In this document: positions 14,470-28,412 of the stretch, piece by piece
Layout of the letters: every line of letters starts with the position of its first letter
How positions within the stretch are numbered: position 1 is the first letter of the stretch
Origin: Epiperipatus broadwayi
Lineage: Eukaryota > Animalia > Onychophora
DNA: 64,000 nt
Direction of reading: 5' to 3'
NCBI GenBank assembly: GCA_028023455.1
Contig: JAQFVV010000002.1
Location: forward strand, 5,828,001-5,892,000
The notes under the pieces: generated by a model
Database searches by the model: none
What the model was told of the DNA's origin: nothing
The model's input: only the letters and a program-made list of their open reading frames with translations
Translations under genes and position numbers: made by a program

Positions 14470-17141
14470 CTAAAAATATAGATTTCATCATATAACAAAG
14501 GAAACCACAACAATATATTATCAAAATACAAGATCATAAATTATGATATGTTTTAAATAGATTGAAATGATTTTGAGATATAAAATTGTTATTAAAATTA
14601 AAGAATTCTCTTTTTCCTTCAATGAACAAAATATTTTTTTATAGTAATGCAAAAATGAAATACCATAAATAATGATTAATAAATTTACATCACTTCTCAA
14701 AAAGATTCCTGTTATTTTTTTTTTTAAGTTAATTCCTACACAGCTTTATAATTTAATATGACTATATAGAGCTTTTTATATTCTTAAAAAAATAAAAAAC
14801 ATACTGTAATTTAAATTATAATATCTACTAAGTAGATTATATGTCTACATCACAGAGTAAAAAAACAGATGTAGACTTTTAGAAAAAAAGCAACAACAAC
14901 AAAAAAAAATGCATTTATAAACTAATAAAAGGAATATGATTAATAATTTAATTTGTTGAAAAAAATTAAGGGAAAAATATTTTTTAATAAATCATGGGAA
15001 GAAACAAAAATGGAATGGATATGTACTTCAAGACAGAAAATGAAAAGACTGTGATCTCCTTATTAGCAGATGATGATGACATTATAAACTATGAAATAAA
15101 AAATGTTAAAGTTGGTGCTTAAGTAAAATTATTTAAATTTATCATATGTGCATTTCCAATGTAAGAATGGAAAAAAGAGATTAGTACTGAATTTTGAAAT
15201 AATTTCACAGATTTCAAATATATCAAATTATATTATTCTAACTGAATCAAATGTTTTGTCTCAAATTCATAATCAATCTTTTATATTAAATCAAATTCAA
15301 CATTGCTCCAAGCCTTAAAAAGCATCAATATTTTATTAATAGAAACCATGCTATTTTATTAATAATCTATTAAACCTTGCCTATAATAATAGCATAAGTA
15401 TGAGATAGAGCAGATAACTGAAGGAAGCTTGAAAGTCTGTGTTCAAGTCCTTTATGGTTACATCGAAATTTCAACTATATAAATTATACTTGTATTCAAT
15501 CAAATATTACCAAATTCAATTTGTATCCTGCTCATCCCTCTTCTGTGTATTTAAATGGATATGGTCCTATACATGAAAGTCAGCATGGGCATGATAATAA
15601 TATTGGCATTAACAAGGGATTTGAGAATTTCATCATCAGATTTTCAATGATATGGATGGTTAAAGAGTTGGAGGGTGGAGTAGACTGAAGTCTGTCCTTT
15701 AAAGTTTGAAGATTTGCTATCTTAATATAAATGAGCACATTCTATATAAGTGTGTAAGAAATGATGTTCTGGACCAACTGATTGAAATACATATATTGCA
15801 GAACATTTATCTTTTTCACATATATGAGATAGAGCAGATAGATAAAGAAAGCTTAAAAGTGGGTGTTCAAGTCCCTTATGGATACAACTAAATTCCAAGT
15901 ACATAAATTATACTTGTATAACATCACGTATATTGCACATACAAAAAACATTGTGTTATATGTACATATATGTTGAAAAATATTGTACATTTGTAGCTTA
16001 ATAAACAACATATCTGTATGTGAGAGAGGCTCAAACCAAAATATTAGTGTAATGTGGGGTTCCATTGATATCTTGCTTCTGATTAATAGCATCATGTCTG
16101 CTTTATCATTCTTGGCATCATTTTATTCAAGAAAAAGCTTTTAAATTATATATAAAGACTATTTAAGTTTTTCTAAAAAAAAAAAAAAAAACAATTATCT
16201 GATAAACCATGGAAGAAATCAGTATTTAATAATGTACAATGATTAAATTAACAGTAATAATATAAATAAATATCTCACTTGCTATACTTCTAATTAATTG
16301 TTTTAATATTAATTTATTACTCAATACTGTCCTATCTATTAATGTCTTAATATCTATCAAATGATAATGTGACTTAAATATTTAGAATTAAATACTTTTT
16401 AATTATCAGGTTACAATAGTGACTATATTATATTGTGTTTCTAAAGAATAAAACCTGCTTTAATTTTAAAAATTAAATACAGATTTAAAAAAAGACAAAA
16501 CTGCAAACAAATGATTCCTTAGAGACAAACACAAATGTATAAACCTCAATTAATGCAGACAGAAATATTCAAATAAAATTATAAATGGATTAATAATCAA
16601 CCAAAAAATAAGAAAAAATTAAACAGTATTAGGAATAAAAATAAATTAATTGATGAAACAAAGAACTCAGCTGCTGCCACAACAAAGCAATTATGAAAGA
16701 GATTTGGATGTTTGAACATCATTAAATCATTGACAAGTAAATGAAAGATGATTGTAAAAAGAATCTTCATAAAAAGTTAATGAAGTCACTTAATTAGATA
16801 GTGAAATAATTTTCTTTTAAATAAAGTAAAAAAATTTAGTAAAACATTTATTTTAATTAATAAAAGTTGTTTTAATTAATCAGCATTCTAACTAACATTT
16901 ATGATGTATGAATGTATATAAATAAAATTAAAAAATAAATACACCTTCTTATGTTTAAAAAATACTTTATAAAATAAAATAAATAATACACTACAATTTT
17001 CCATAATTATTATTTATGTATAAAGGGGTTTAATAAATTAGCCCCAGCAAATCACAGTGCTAACAACATAATTCTATTATTATTTTTTAAATATATGTAT
17101 TTATATTTTCAAAAATGATATAACAGTCCATTACATTACCC

Positions 17142-18549
17142 AGCACGTACATATCAGTCCTGCAATGTATTAGATCTGCCATGCCTTTTCACATTCCTAT
17201 CAATCAGCTGCTAACTTTGTAAACTTGTGATTTGACCAAATAACATGTACACTTGGATCTTGTACAAACCTAACATGATAAATTTGTCAAAACGAACATG
17301 TGTACATATTTTCACAAGATTTACAAAGTTATCGGCAGTCTGAATATATATGTAAAAAGGTGAAGCAGTTCTAACATGATAGAAATTGCATCAGACTAAA
17401 TCTAACAATACTAAAAATATTAATTTAACACAAAAAATATGACACAATAGTAATTTCTAACAATATTAAAAATATGAATTTCACCCAAAAATCAATCTTA
17501 AAAAGTACATTTTTAATAATAGTGAAAATACTGATTTGACATATATAAAAAAATGTAAAATATGACATGCCATTATGCAATTCCCAAATGTTATTTTAAA
17601 TATGAACTAATATGATACACCATTATGCAATTCCCAAATGTAACTTTAAATATGGACAAAACAATCACTAAATTACAAAAAACCATAAAATATATATATA
17701 CGGTACTTACCATGCAATATGTAACAGGAATTGTCACAATGAAACAATCAATTTGTCTGTTCTACTTTATTTTAAGTGGATAAACTTTTTCCCAAAATGG
17801 AGACTAAAAGAAAAATGTTTAGTTTTACCAAAATGCACAATTACTTAACACGTGATTGTATTTATGGTTCACACAAAAATGATCGTAATCGGCATTTCGC
17901 AATTCAGCACTTTTATAGACCTTCCAACAGTCGGAATAAATCATTGACCCTTCTTCCATATTTTGTTTCATGGCTTCCATGAAAATTGCTGCTGTTCTAT
18001 CATTAATTATCATGATAAAACATTCATCAGTTTCCCTGTAGAAGCCACCAAACATCCACTGTTGAGGAAGAATTCATCCAGCTTGATTTTTTCCTTTTTA
18101 TGAAAAGGTTCTTGTCAATTTTGATGATTCTGTTACGGCCTCCAATTTTACGTTTTCTTGAAAATATAAAACAGCATTCATTTCAGCAGCAAATCGATTC
18201 CAAATTGTCATCATTTTGTAATGTTTTGAAAAAAAGAAATAGACTATTAATCAGGAAATTATAAAAATGAAATCAAAATTAAAAGTACATGTACTCACTT
18301 AAAACTACAAAGACGAAGTAAAAATCATTGAATCAAAACTCCGAATTCAAATGGAGTAAAAAATAGTTAAAAAATACAATTGACAGCAATAAAGATCTTG
18401 TAAGAACAAAATCTGAACAACAACTGAAGAATGTAAAATTATCACAAAAACATGTTATTAAGATCGCAGGTTTTATTTGACATAATCACAAGGTTACACA
18501 TTTGTCATGGATGTCAGAAGGTGTTTTGCAGGACTAATATGTAAGTACC
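17142..18549 (-). mobile_element. Older degenerate Merlin DNA transposon with long imperfect TIRs
   Basis: Transposase fragments KIGGRNRIIKID, QWMFGGFYRE and DRT...GSMIYSDCWKVY...VNH match the IS1595/Merlin DDE family. The ends align as inverted repeats (GTACATATCAGTCCTGCAA vs TTACATATTAGTCCTGCAA) over ~200 bp. No TSD recovered. Confidence 0.78.
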
Positions 18550-21500
18550 TCTATACTATTGAATTGACTAGTGCAAATTTTGTTGGTAACAATTTTTTTT
18601 TTCTCATGTGTCATAGCATCAGCCAGAAAGTGAACTCGCTAACCCGGGACAACTGCTTATAAAGCAGCTGTCGCTGACCTCTCGACCATCAATGCTTGAC
18701 AATTATTTTTATTATTGTTTTAACTGAACGGATTACTGAACTCTAATATACTTAGAGTGTTGCTTATTGAAAACTCACTGGCCAAAAGTTGTGATAAATT
18801 ATAATAATCAAACTCAGGTCTTTAAAATGTTATAATGTATTGTTTTATATTGTATTTTCTGGAAATCTTTTATATTTAACTTTTATAGGTTCTCTTTTAA
18901 AGATGTATATATATAACCTTTTTCATGGCTCTCACACAATACATTGTGAAGTATAGATAGTACTACGGATCATAAAAACTCTTCAATTATATATACAGAA
19001 TATATTCAAAACGATAAACAACCATATATAATCATTAAAAATATTTAATAATATATTGTAATGAATAAAAGAATCTCTGCAGGTATGGTCAACATCCACT
19101 ACCAGAGAGTGCCACTAGATTTAGTATCTAAAATGTTTTACATTAAAATATTAGTCTTCATTAAATGTTTAAAAACTGAAAGTTATATAGGAAGCTTATA
19201 ATTTACTGGTGATGACATCTAACCATAGATCCCTACAAAGCTCTCAATTGACCTCTATTAGCTATTTAATTTATATCCATTAAAATATGGATTTCTAGAG
19301 ACTCTTAATAAATAAACAAAATAAACTTTATTCGAAATTGACTAAGTTGTATTAAAACATATATTATAATGATTTTAGTTATTGTATTCTATAGCTAACC
19401 AGGATAATTTATCCATTATTTAATCTGTTTATATTAAATTATCTCAATGGATACTAGGTAATATGATTACATAATATTTCTAATATTTTTCTGAATATTA
19501 TCATGGACCAAATCTCAGTTATGCATGTTAAAGCTAAGTTCAGTAAGTGCACATGTACAGGTTGCTGCTACATTTTACTTAACAGACAACAATAGCACAG
19601 ATTTCAATCAAGTATCTTATCATAGTCATGTTTATGAATATTACATGTTGATGTACTCTAATCAATATGCATTCAGTGCCAAATGATCATTGTATAAATT
19701 AATAACTGACCACATATCTCATTTATAAAAATTTGGACTATTGTAAAAAAAAAAAATCATGCAAATACTTAATTCTATTAAAATCTCTACGTCAAAATCT
19801 AAGAATAAGCACATGAAGCATTAGTCAATAGTGTATATACATCAAAATTTAACTGTAAATAAAGACCCAAAATCATTAGAAAATAATTTACAAAATATAT
19901 ACAAATACATTGATATCCTCTAAATTATATAAACACATATGTGGAATATAAATCATAACAAAACTAGAATCTCTTTAAAATGTGTGTTTAACAAGATAAG
20001 CCTGTATTAACAAATCAATGAAATAAAGACACAGTAAAGCATCGACTTTAACAGGATGCAGTATATCCTTTAACTCAATTTACTTGCTTTTGTTTTAATC
20101 AAAATATTAAATACTGATCCCAATAAAATATTTAAAATCTGATAATATCCAGAAATATTAATTTTGAAATAACAATCACCAATGATATATCCATTCTGAT
20201 TTATATTTATAGGGCTTATATAAATATTATTTTTTAATAACTTAAATAATTATTAGGAAGATTTATCAGAACCAAATAACTTATTCTGCTTAATTTTTTT
20301 TCCCAATAAACAATTACTTATCCATGAAATTTAGTCATCATAAATTACTCTTTCTCTTTTTAAACTTTGAAAATAGCATAATCATAATACAATATGATTT
20401 AAACCATTAACTCTAATTTATATATTTGTTAATTTAAAATAAAATGAATAAAACTATTAACTAAGAAATCGATGGTGAAATAAATAATAATATAAGTCTA
20501 TAAGTAAAAGAAAGTTCATTTAGAATTTAAATCAAGTTCACAAAATGTCTATAAATTAAAATGACTTCCATAGCAGTCTGCAAAGTTCATCAGTGATAGT
20601 AAAATTTTCATATTGTTTACATGTTTTTTTTTTTGATTTTATTTTATAAGATCTCTGTAAGAAAATTCTAAGATGATTTGATTATGCAGGATCCTGTGGG
20701 TTTTTTTTTTTTTTGATTGATTTTTTTTTTTTTTAAAGATTCAATCACAATTGAAATTTCATATGTTTTTGAACTATTTACTGGTTAAAATCAGTTTCCC
20801 ACATATTTGAAATGTAAATCATTGATAGTTGTAGGTGTTGCATGGTTGGCACACAAGTGACTTCAATTACTACTCCAAGGATCAGGCTATAGCAGTACAT
20901 TGGTTCTATACACCTAGAAAAGAGTTCCTCAGCTTAAAATATTTTCCTGATGTCTGGAAAGATTCTTGTTAGTTGCACATTAGTTGGAAAAAAGAGACAA
21001 AAACACAAGACAAGCTGATTTCTGCTAACTGCTATTTTAGACTACAGTTTTTTCTAAAAAAAAATATTTTAATTTTCTAATTAAAATCAGGTTTATTGTA
21101 AAAATACTTCTGCTTTTAAATAATCAAAAATTTTGAAACAAGGAAATAAAATATATAACAAAGCTTAATTACAAACCAAAAAAACATCACTTTCGGAGTA
21201 ATTGATTTTGATAATAGAGCAATGTAATACAAACTTTTACATCTGATTTCAATCGATTTTATGCAAAAATCTTATTTAAATCATTGTTTAATTAAATATT
21301 TTTATCCCTCTACAGAATTAAATTTATAAAAAAAATTTTAAAAAAAACTTTTTTATTTACAGTCTAAAAACTAAACTAAAAGCATTTTAATATATATAAG
21401 AAAACCATTTTAATTCAACTCAAAATAAATTTTTCTTTTATTTCACTTAAGAGTATTTTTATTTAAACACAAATAAAATTTTCTATATTTAATGTGTATG

Positions 21501-22339
21501 CACACATCTATGCTAAATTAGAATTTAATATATGGTATTTATATGGCTCTATTATTTCATAAACATACCAAATTAATGTTTGAACCTTAAATTACTCTTC
21601 CTATTGTCAACCACCTAATTTTAAACTTGAAATAAATATTTCCATTTCAATATATATCACACTTATTATAAGATATTATTGATTACTCATACCTAAAAGA
21701 GTTCAGTAAAATGATAACTGATATTTTATTCAAAACCATTCCACAGATAATCAGGATTGAAAAATTGCAATTTGTCAATAAATTTTCAAGTTAGAAAAAA
21801 CAATTTATGAAATATATATATATGTGAAAATATGTAAAAGTGAATCATTTAAAAGAAGCAAATGATTAGAATTTTGTATAATAGTACAAAAAAAAACTAT
21901 TGATATATATGTGTGAAGTGGCAAAAAACAAAAACAAAAAAAAAACATAGAATATAACAAAAGTCTCAAAAATATAAAACATCTTATTAATGGAATGTAA
22001 AATTCTTTTCCAATAAGAAAAAGAGCCAACACAATTCTAAAAAGACAGATGAATTTCATAAAAATATTTCAAAAACTGATCCATTTAAAAAAAGCAAATG
22101 GTTAGACTTTTATATATAATAGTAAAAATAAAATAAAAAGGTTAATGATGATAATATATATATATTAATGTGAATTAGAAAAGAAAGAAAAAAAATCAGT
22201 CTCAAAAATATAAAACATCTTGATATTGATGGGGAAGATGCTTAGCCAACAAGAAGATAACATAAATACTAAAAAGGCAGATGATTTCATGAAGTTTTCC
22301 AAAAACCACTCATAAAAATGAAAAACAATTTAGTACACA

Positions 22340-22640
22340 ACCTTGTTTAATGCCAATTTTCATTTCAAATCCCTCAAATTTTCAGCATCAATGGTTTTTC
22401 TCTCATACTATCATATACTAACTATACAATATATTATGAATAGGCTTTCAAGGACAACCATCTACTTTTCAACTTTACCACAACCATTCTCAATTAACTC
22501 ATTAAAATGTCTTGACTAACACAATAATATATAATATATCACAATTTTGCTAATATTTTTTCTAATATTTGAATGCTATAATGATTTTTCAATCTCTAAA
22601 AACACAAATCAGCAAACACCATCTATGACTGAAAATATTT
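22340..22640 (-). pseudogene. Decayed LINE RT fragment
   Basis: FEMKIGIKQGCVL (GVRQG-like motif), with an upstream CFLEIEKS resembling FLDLEKAFD. Confidence 0.5.
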
Positions 22641-24119
22641 AAAGATTCAATAAAATCCTTGAAAGCACTTTTTAATAGTGGATATTATTTTTATATAATG
22701 TAACAATGGAATCACTATTAAGATCAGGTATCACAACTAATATGGACACATTTTTTTTTTTAAATGTCCATAGTTGTGAAACTAACTTATCACTGTATTT
22801 TTTTATCACTATATTTTAAAACTTCAGATAGTAAAAGCCTTTTTGAATCTCATCAAACTAAATATCTATCAAATCTACATGGATAATCGATCATCAAAAA
22901 CATAGTCCTCTATTTTTTTGTATCAACATTCAAAATAAATGAGTATAATTACTAATTTCATAAAATTTCTACTGTTAATATGTTACTTTCAATGTATCGA
23001 AAAAGAAAAAAAATGTAAAGAAACCATAATCAGCAAATAATGATATCTATTTAACAATTTCATTAATCACATTTAATTATGCTGGTCACTCAAACTTTCT
23101 GCCTTTATATTTCTACATTTGGAAACTTCATGCTCGTAATTCAGTAAAAAAAAATGCAAATAACATTTCTAAAAATGACAAAAATAAACTTCTGATACAG
23201 CTCTTAATTTGTGACAAAATTTATACTACCTTTCTGGTGACAAAACAAATAAATTAGATATGTGACAATTACTAACAAAAAAATACCTGCAGAATATAAG
23301 AATAACTATGACCTGCTTAATGCTGGATCTTTATGCAAGGATTCACCATAGCAATCATCATCAATTTGTACCCACTATTTTGATTTAAAACCAATTATTT
23401 GCTATAACAATCATTAAAAAAAGTTTGAATTTTTTTTTAAAAAAACTACCATTTTGAAAATGTCAGCTATTTTCAAAATGGTGACCACTTTTTAAGATTG
23501 ATGATATCATAGGGTAGTGGATTTTACGTCATCCAAAAGAAAAATGATATTTATGATAAAATGTACAATACAGAATTTATTCATTATACACAATACAGTA
23601 TACAATATTACAGCACAGTATTTTGATGATAAAATTAAAAATAATTAATTTGCAGTACTTTATTTAATTTTCATCCAGTGTCTTTGCTAAACAACCAATA
23701 AATACATTCATAAATGACATATTCAAAGTAAAGTTTAATAACTAAAAAAGTAAAATAAAATTTGCTTCAATCAGTACAAGCTTACTTTGAAAACATATAA
23801 CTACCAGATGAAATTAATATTATATTTTAAAATGTTTACATTAACTGAGAAACAGTATATTCACTTTTTTATGGACTAAAATTCTTATTATATTTTGCTT
23901 GCAGCAAAAATTACAATCATCATAATTAAAAAATTTAGTTATAATAATTGGAAGTTATTATGAGGTGGGAAAAATGATTTAATGCACTATGTCATTGATA
24001 ATTAACCTTATATGATTAAAAGTTACTAAATATGCGAAAAATATCATTTACTGTGCAGTATCATAATTTGTTTCAGCATGTCCAAGGCACATTATTGCAA
24101 ACATAAAAAAATACAGTGC

Positions 24120-24690
24120 CAAAAAAAAAATCAAATTTCATTCAGTATAAAACTAAAAATAAATGTTAGTCATATAATAAACAATTGATAATTAATTTTA
24201 AATTTTGCACTATATTAGCCAAAATATTCAGTCAATTAATTCTGAATTAAACCTTTTCAGTCAAATTAAAACTGCTATCATGGTAAATCTAATCTTTTTA
24301 TTAAAAGGGGAGAGGGTGATTTCATGAATCAATAATCAAATTTATATTAACAAAAGTTATTAAATCTAATTTTAAAAATATTTACTTTACAAAATTAAAA
24401 TCTAGCATTTGTTTCAGACATATACAAGACAATGGCAACATGATAGCAAACTTAAAAGATTATAGTATCTAAAAAAAATTCATTCAGCATAAAACTAAAA
24501 ATAAATTCTGATTGTATATTATTCATAATTAATTTTAAATTATGTATTATATGTATATTAGCTAAAATATTCAGTTGAGCAATTTTAAATTAATACATGC
24601 ATGACTATTAATTTCAATCAAATCAACAATATTATCATAAACATGTTTTCAGTAAAAAAAAAGGGCCGAGGAAGATGATTTCATGCATTA
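24120..24690 (+). repeat. Diverged direct repeat, period about 360 bp
   Basis: TTCATTCAG(T/C)ATAAAACTAAAAATAAAT, ATAATTAATTTTAAATT and TATATTAGC(C/T)AAAATATTCAGT each occur twice, at about 24140 and 24480. Confidence 0.7.
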
Positions 24691-25452
24691 TATATTTGAT
24701 GATAAATTTTGTATGATCAAAATGCAATACAAATAACTGAATAAGTTTCATGCTTTTAATTTTTATTTAAATGGCCTGTATTTCTACCATTTCAACATAC
24801 TATATTATTTGAAAAATGGCTAGGTCATTTACTATGCTAATAAAACATAACCTCATGTAAACAGCTAGTGTGTTTGTATATAAAGTACTGTTTATTTAAA
24901 TCTGTATAACATATACTGTACAAAAAGTCTTACATACTGATTAGAATATGCAAACATAAAATGCATTAAATAGATTTTTTCCTTTTGTAATATATCAGTT
25001 TTTTTTTAGTTTTTTCCAAATTAAACACATGATTAGATTTTGGTAATGTATAGTTCTATAATTTGGCTACCATTACACTGTTGATACACAACAAGTCTTA
25101 TAAACTCAACAGTACAGTTAAGTAAAATATTAGTAAATATTGCTTTTTTAATTCTAAATAATTTCATATAAATAATAAGACTGAATTATTAAAAAAAAAA
25201 AAAAAATTCAGTACATGTATTTTTTCAATGCAATGATTAACAATTTTGCAGAAGAACATAAAAAATTGTCAACAGTAAGTTTATTCTCTCTTTCTCAGTC
25301 CATTTTTCTGTAAGTTTGCACAGTGCATCTATATTTTTTCCTTCTAGTGATTCTGATTTTTTAAAACAAAAAAAAACTTTACAGCTACATACATTTTTAA
25401 CTGCAATCATAGCAGCAACTAATACTACCAAACAGCACATCACTCCTTTACC

Positions 25453-25508
25453 ATATGGCTCAAAGAATCAACTCAATCTTATATGGCTCAAAGAATCAAC
25501 TCAATCTT
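25453..25508 (+). repeat. Exact 28-bp tandem duplication
   Basis: ATATGGCTCAAAGAATCAACTCAATCTT twice. Confidence 0.95.
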
Positions 25509-25569
25509 AAATATGCATTAACTTCAACAACTAATGCAGCATTTTGATAACATTTTGAATAAAGATGCC

Positions 25570-25800
25570 AAAAAATTTTTGATGAGATGACAATATTGAA
25601 ATGCTTTTGCAATCACACATGGAATAATCAACTAATGAGGAATTAATGCAAATCAATGAAAAAAGGAAGACAATGAAGAAAATAAAACCAATAAAACTGT
25701 AGAGAAGAACTTGGATAATCAAAAAACTGAAGGAACTGATTTTGTATCATGAGACCATAAACATAAGAGCATTTTAAGATAATGAATGAGACCTTATATT
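25570..25800 (+). pseudogene. Tigger/pogo transposase C-terminal relic
   Basis: DNIEMLLQSHME*STNEELMQINE matches the D.EELL.SH...LTNEEL..L pattern. Confidence 0.4.
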
Positions 25801-26904
25801 GTATAAAAAGAAAATCAATGAATCAAGTCAGCCATTGATTCTAATTATTTTCTCTAGAAATCCTTAGCCATTAGCATTCCATGTGCCACTTCCAAAAAAC
25901 CAAGATCATTACAGAATTTAAGACAATGATAAACCCTTAGAATGAACAACTGACGACTCTGAAACTGGAAAATGATGAGGGCTGAATGAATGGATTAAAA
26001 GAAAAAATTAAGAAGTCACTTTTTTTTTCTTTTTACAAATTTAAATTGCATAGTCTTACTACATACTTGCATAATCCACACATAACAGATGACACATGCA
26101 TATATTGGACATTAGGTTTTTTGTTTTAATTATTATATGTATACTAGATTAAGTTGTTTGTTAATACAATATTTACAATTTATGGTATCATTTTAATCAG
26201 CAAGAATGAGTAATTTTTTCCCTATAGAATACCATTATAATCCCTTGCTTTTTATAGGATTTTCTTGTTTTAGAATGAGTTTTGGAGAAGTAATTGTAAT
26301 TGCTAAGCAGGATAAAAATATATTTGTAAAGAGATAGTGCTAAACTAAGGATTTTAGATAATTCTTAAATTTAATATATATATATATTAAAAAATATCTA
26401 AAAGATATAAACAAGGTGATAAGTAGATTCAACACTTTTAAATTACCTATATAATTTAATAGTTTTGGATTTAAAAATAAATGATAAAGTGTAGGAGGAA
26501 AAAATTGAAAAAAAAAAAAAGATCTCATAACAGAATAGACATATTTGACAAAGAATAAATTAATGATAATTTAAGTTAACTGATCGAGATGGAAAGAAGA
26601 TAACAGAATAAAGGTATTTGACAAAGAATAATTACTACTAATTTAAGTTAAATAATCAAGATGGAAAGATGTAAAAAAACCAAAAAAAAAAATTAAATAT
26701 AAGATTACATTGTTTAAACATTGTCGTGTTCCTTCTAAGAAATGATAGAATAGTAGATAAATAAAACCAGAAATACTAAAGTTTTGAAGAGCATATTCTA
26801 ATAAAAGTTTTAGAGAAATGAAAAATATATATTCAGAAAATAAAAGCAACATTTTAAAAGAATTGATTCATTCACCAGAAAGGATAAACAAACCTTTTTT
26901 ATTT

Positions 26905-28265
26905 AGGTTCTCATGGATAATTCAACCGATGACGTATTACCCTGAAGGCATATCAGTCTGATGTTGCAATTTTTAAGATGTCTCCAAGGTATCTGCGGAC
27001 ACATGTAATCGCTAAAATGTGTCCGCAGATCACGTGAACATGGTACATTAAAAATCGCAAGATTAGACTGATATGCCTTCAGGGTAATGTCATCGGTTGA
27101 ATTATCCAGGTCACGTGATAAAAAAATTTCAGAAAATTAAAAAAATCTGACGCAGGTCAGGAAAATACTAAAAAAAAAAGTTAAAAAAAATGTACATGCA
27201 TGCGTCAAAATACAGCGCGTAGCGCTGGAGTTGGCGGGGGGCCTCCGCTGTACCTATATCAGACATTGTATTACTCTCATAGCTGTAATTTTTATAATTG
27301 CCGATGAATTTACGGAAAAAATTTTCTGTATGATATAATTCAGAAATTAAAAATAAAATTAAAACGTAATTCAATGTAAATTTGAGAATTGTAGAAATAT
27401 TAACAAAAAATTTTTGTAAATTTTAAATAAACAGCTAAATAAAAAAGACACTATTTAATGCAAATCTGGTATTAATGGCATGGAGAAAACGCTGCACTTT
27501 TACATGCATTTGGTAATTTTAAAAACGTACTGGATATTGCAAATTTGTTTTAAAAAATTATTGAAAATTATTTACACATTAAACGTAATTCAATGTAAAT
27601 TTGAGAATTGTAGAAATATTAACAAAAAGTTTTTGTAAATTTAAAATAAACAAATAAAACACTTTACCCGAATTAATGCGAATCTTGCATTAATGGCGTC
27701 CTTGGAGAAAACGTGTTATCACATGCATTTGGTAATTTTAAAAATGTACTGTATATTCCAAATTTGTTTTAAAAGATTATTCAAAATTATTTACACATTA
27801 AACATAATTCAATATAAGTTTCAGAATTGTAGAAATATTAACAAAAAAATTTTGTAAATTTAAAATAAACAGATAAATAAAAAACACTTTACCGGAATAA
27901 ATTATTTACACATTAAATGTAATTCAATGTAAGTTTGAGAATTGTAGAAATATTAACAAAAAATTTTTGTAAATTTAAAATAAACAGATAAATAAAACAC
28001 TTTACCCGAATTAACAGCTCAAAAAAAGTAACTGTGATGCCATGGATAGCAAAATCACAATAGACAGAAAAATCAAAAAATTTCCCAAACCTCTCTACGA
28101 ATTTTAAATCTCGCGGGTGAAAAAAAAAATTGACTCTCTGATGGATTAATCACGCCAGTCACTTGATTGCCATGACAACGATGTCATGCAAAAAAACGAC
28201 AATGTCTACCGGAAGGGAAATCTGTAAGTCTAATACGTCATCAGTTGAATTATCCGTAACTACCT
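26905..28265. mobile_element. Non-autonomous DNA transposon (possibly Kolobok-like) with a terminal palindrome and internal tandem array
   Basis: Inverted termini AGGT......GGATAATTCAAC(C/T)GATGACGTATTA at both ends. 193-bp palindrome at 26915-27107. TSD unclear, so the superfamily is tentative. Confidence 0.6.
27362..28013 (+). repeat. ~219-bp tandem array (two full and two partial copies)
   Basis: AA(C/T)(G/A)TAATTCAAT(G/A)TAA...GAATTGTAGAAATATTAACAAAAA recurs at about 27362, 27581, 27801 and 27914. Confidence 0.9.
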
Positions 28266-28412
28266 TTTTTTAAAACAGTAACATAGATAAATTTCTAATG
28301 AGTACTTGGCATAAAAACAAATTTTATAATTATCTGAATCCACAGACACACACACAGAGTTTTGGGTTTAGAAACTCGAAAATGAATTAAGTAATCATAC
28401 TCATTTACTACT

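Noticed and set aside
15399-15920. ~95-bp diverged direct repeat (15399 and 15824) in probable LINE debris
   Set aside because: The repeat is real but appears to be an old duplication within decayed RT-like sequence, with no further structure.
20835-20972. 45-codon + strand open frame after a tag acceptor (VLHGWHTSDFNYYSKDQ...)
   Set aside because: No donor, no recognisable homology and no partner exons.
27362-28013. CRISPR-like or other repeat-spacer array
   Set aside because: The units are contiguous ~219-bp tandem copies without unique spacers, and the context is eukaryotic.
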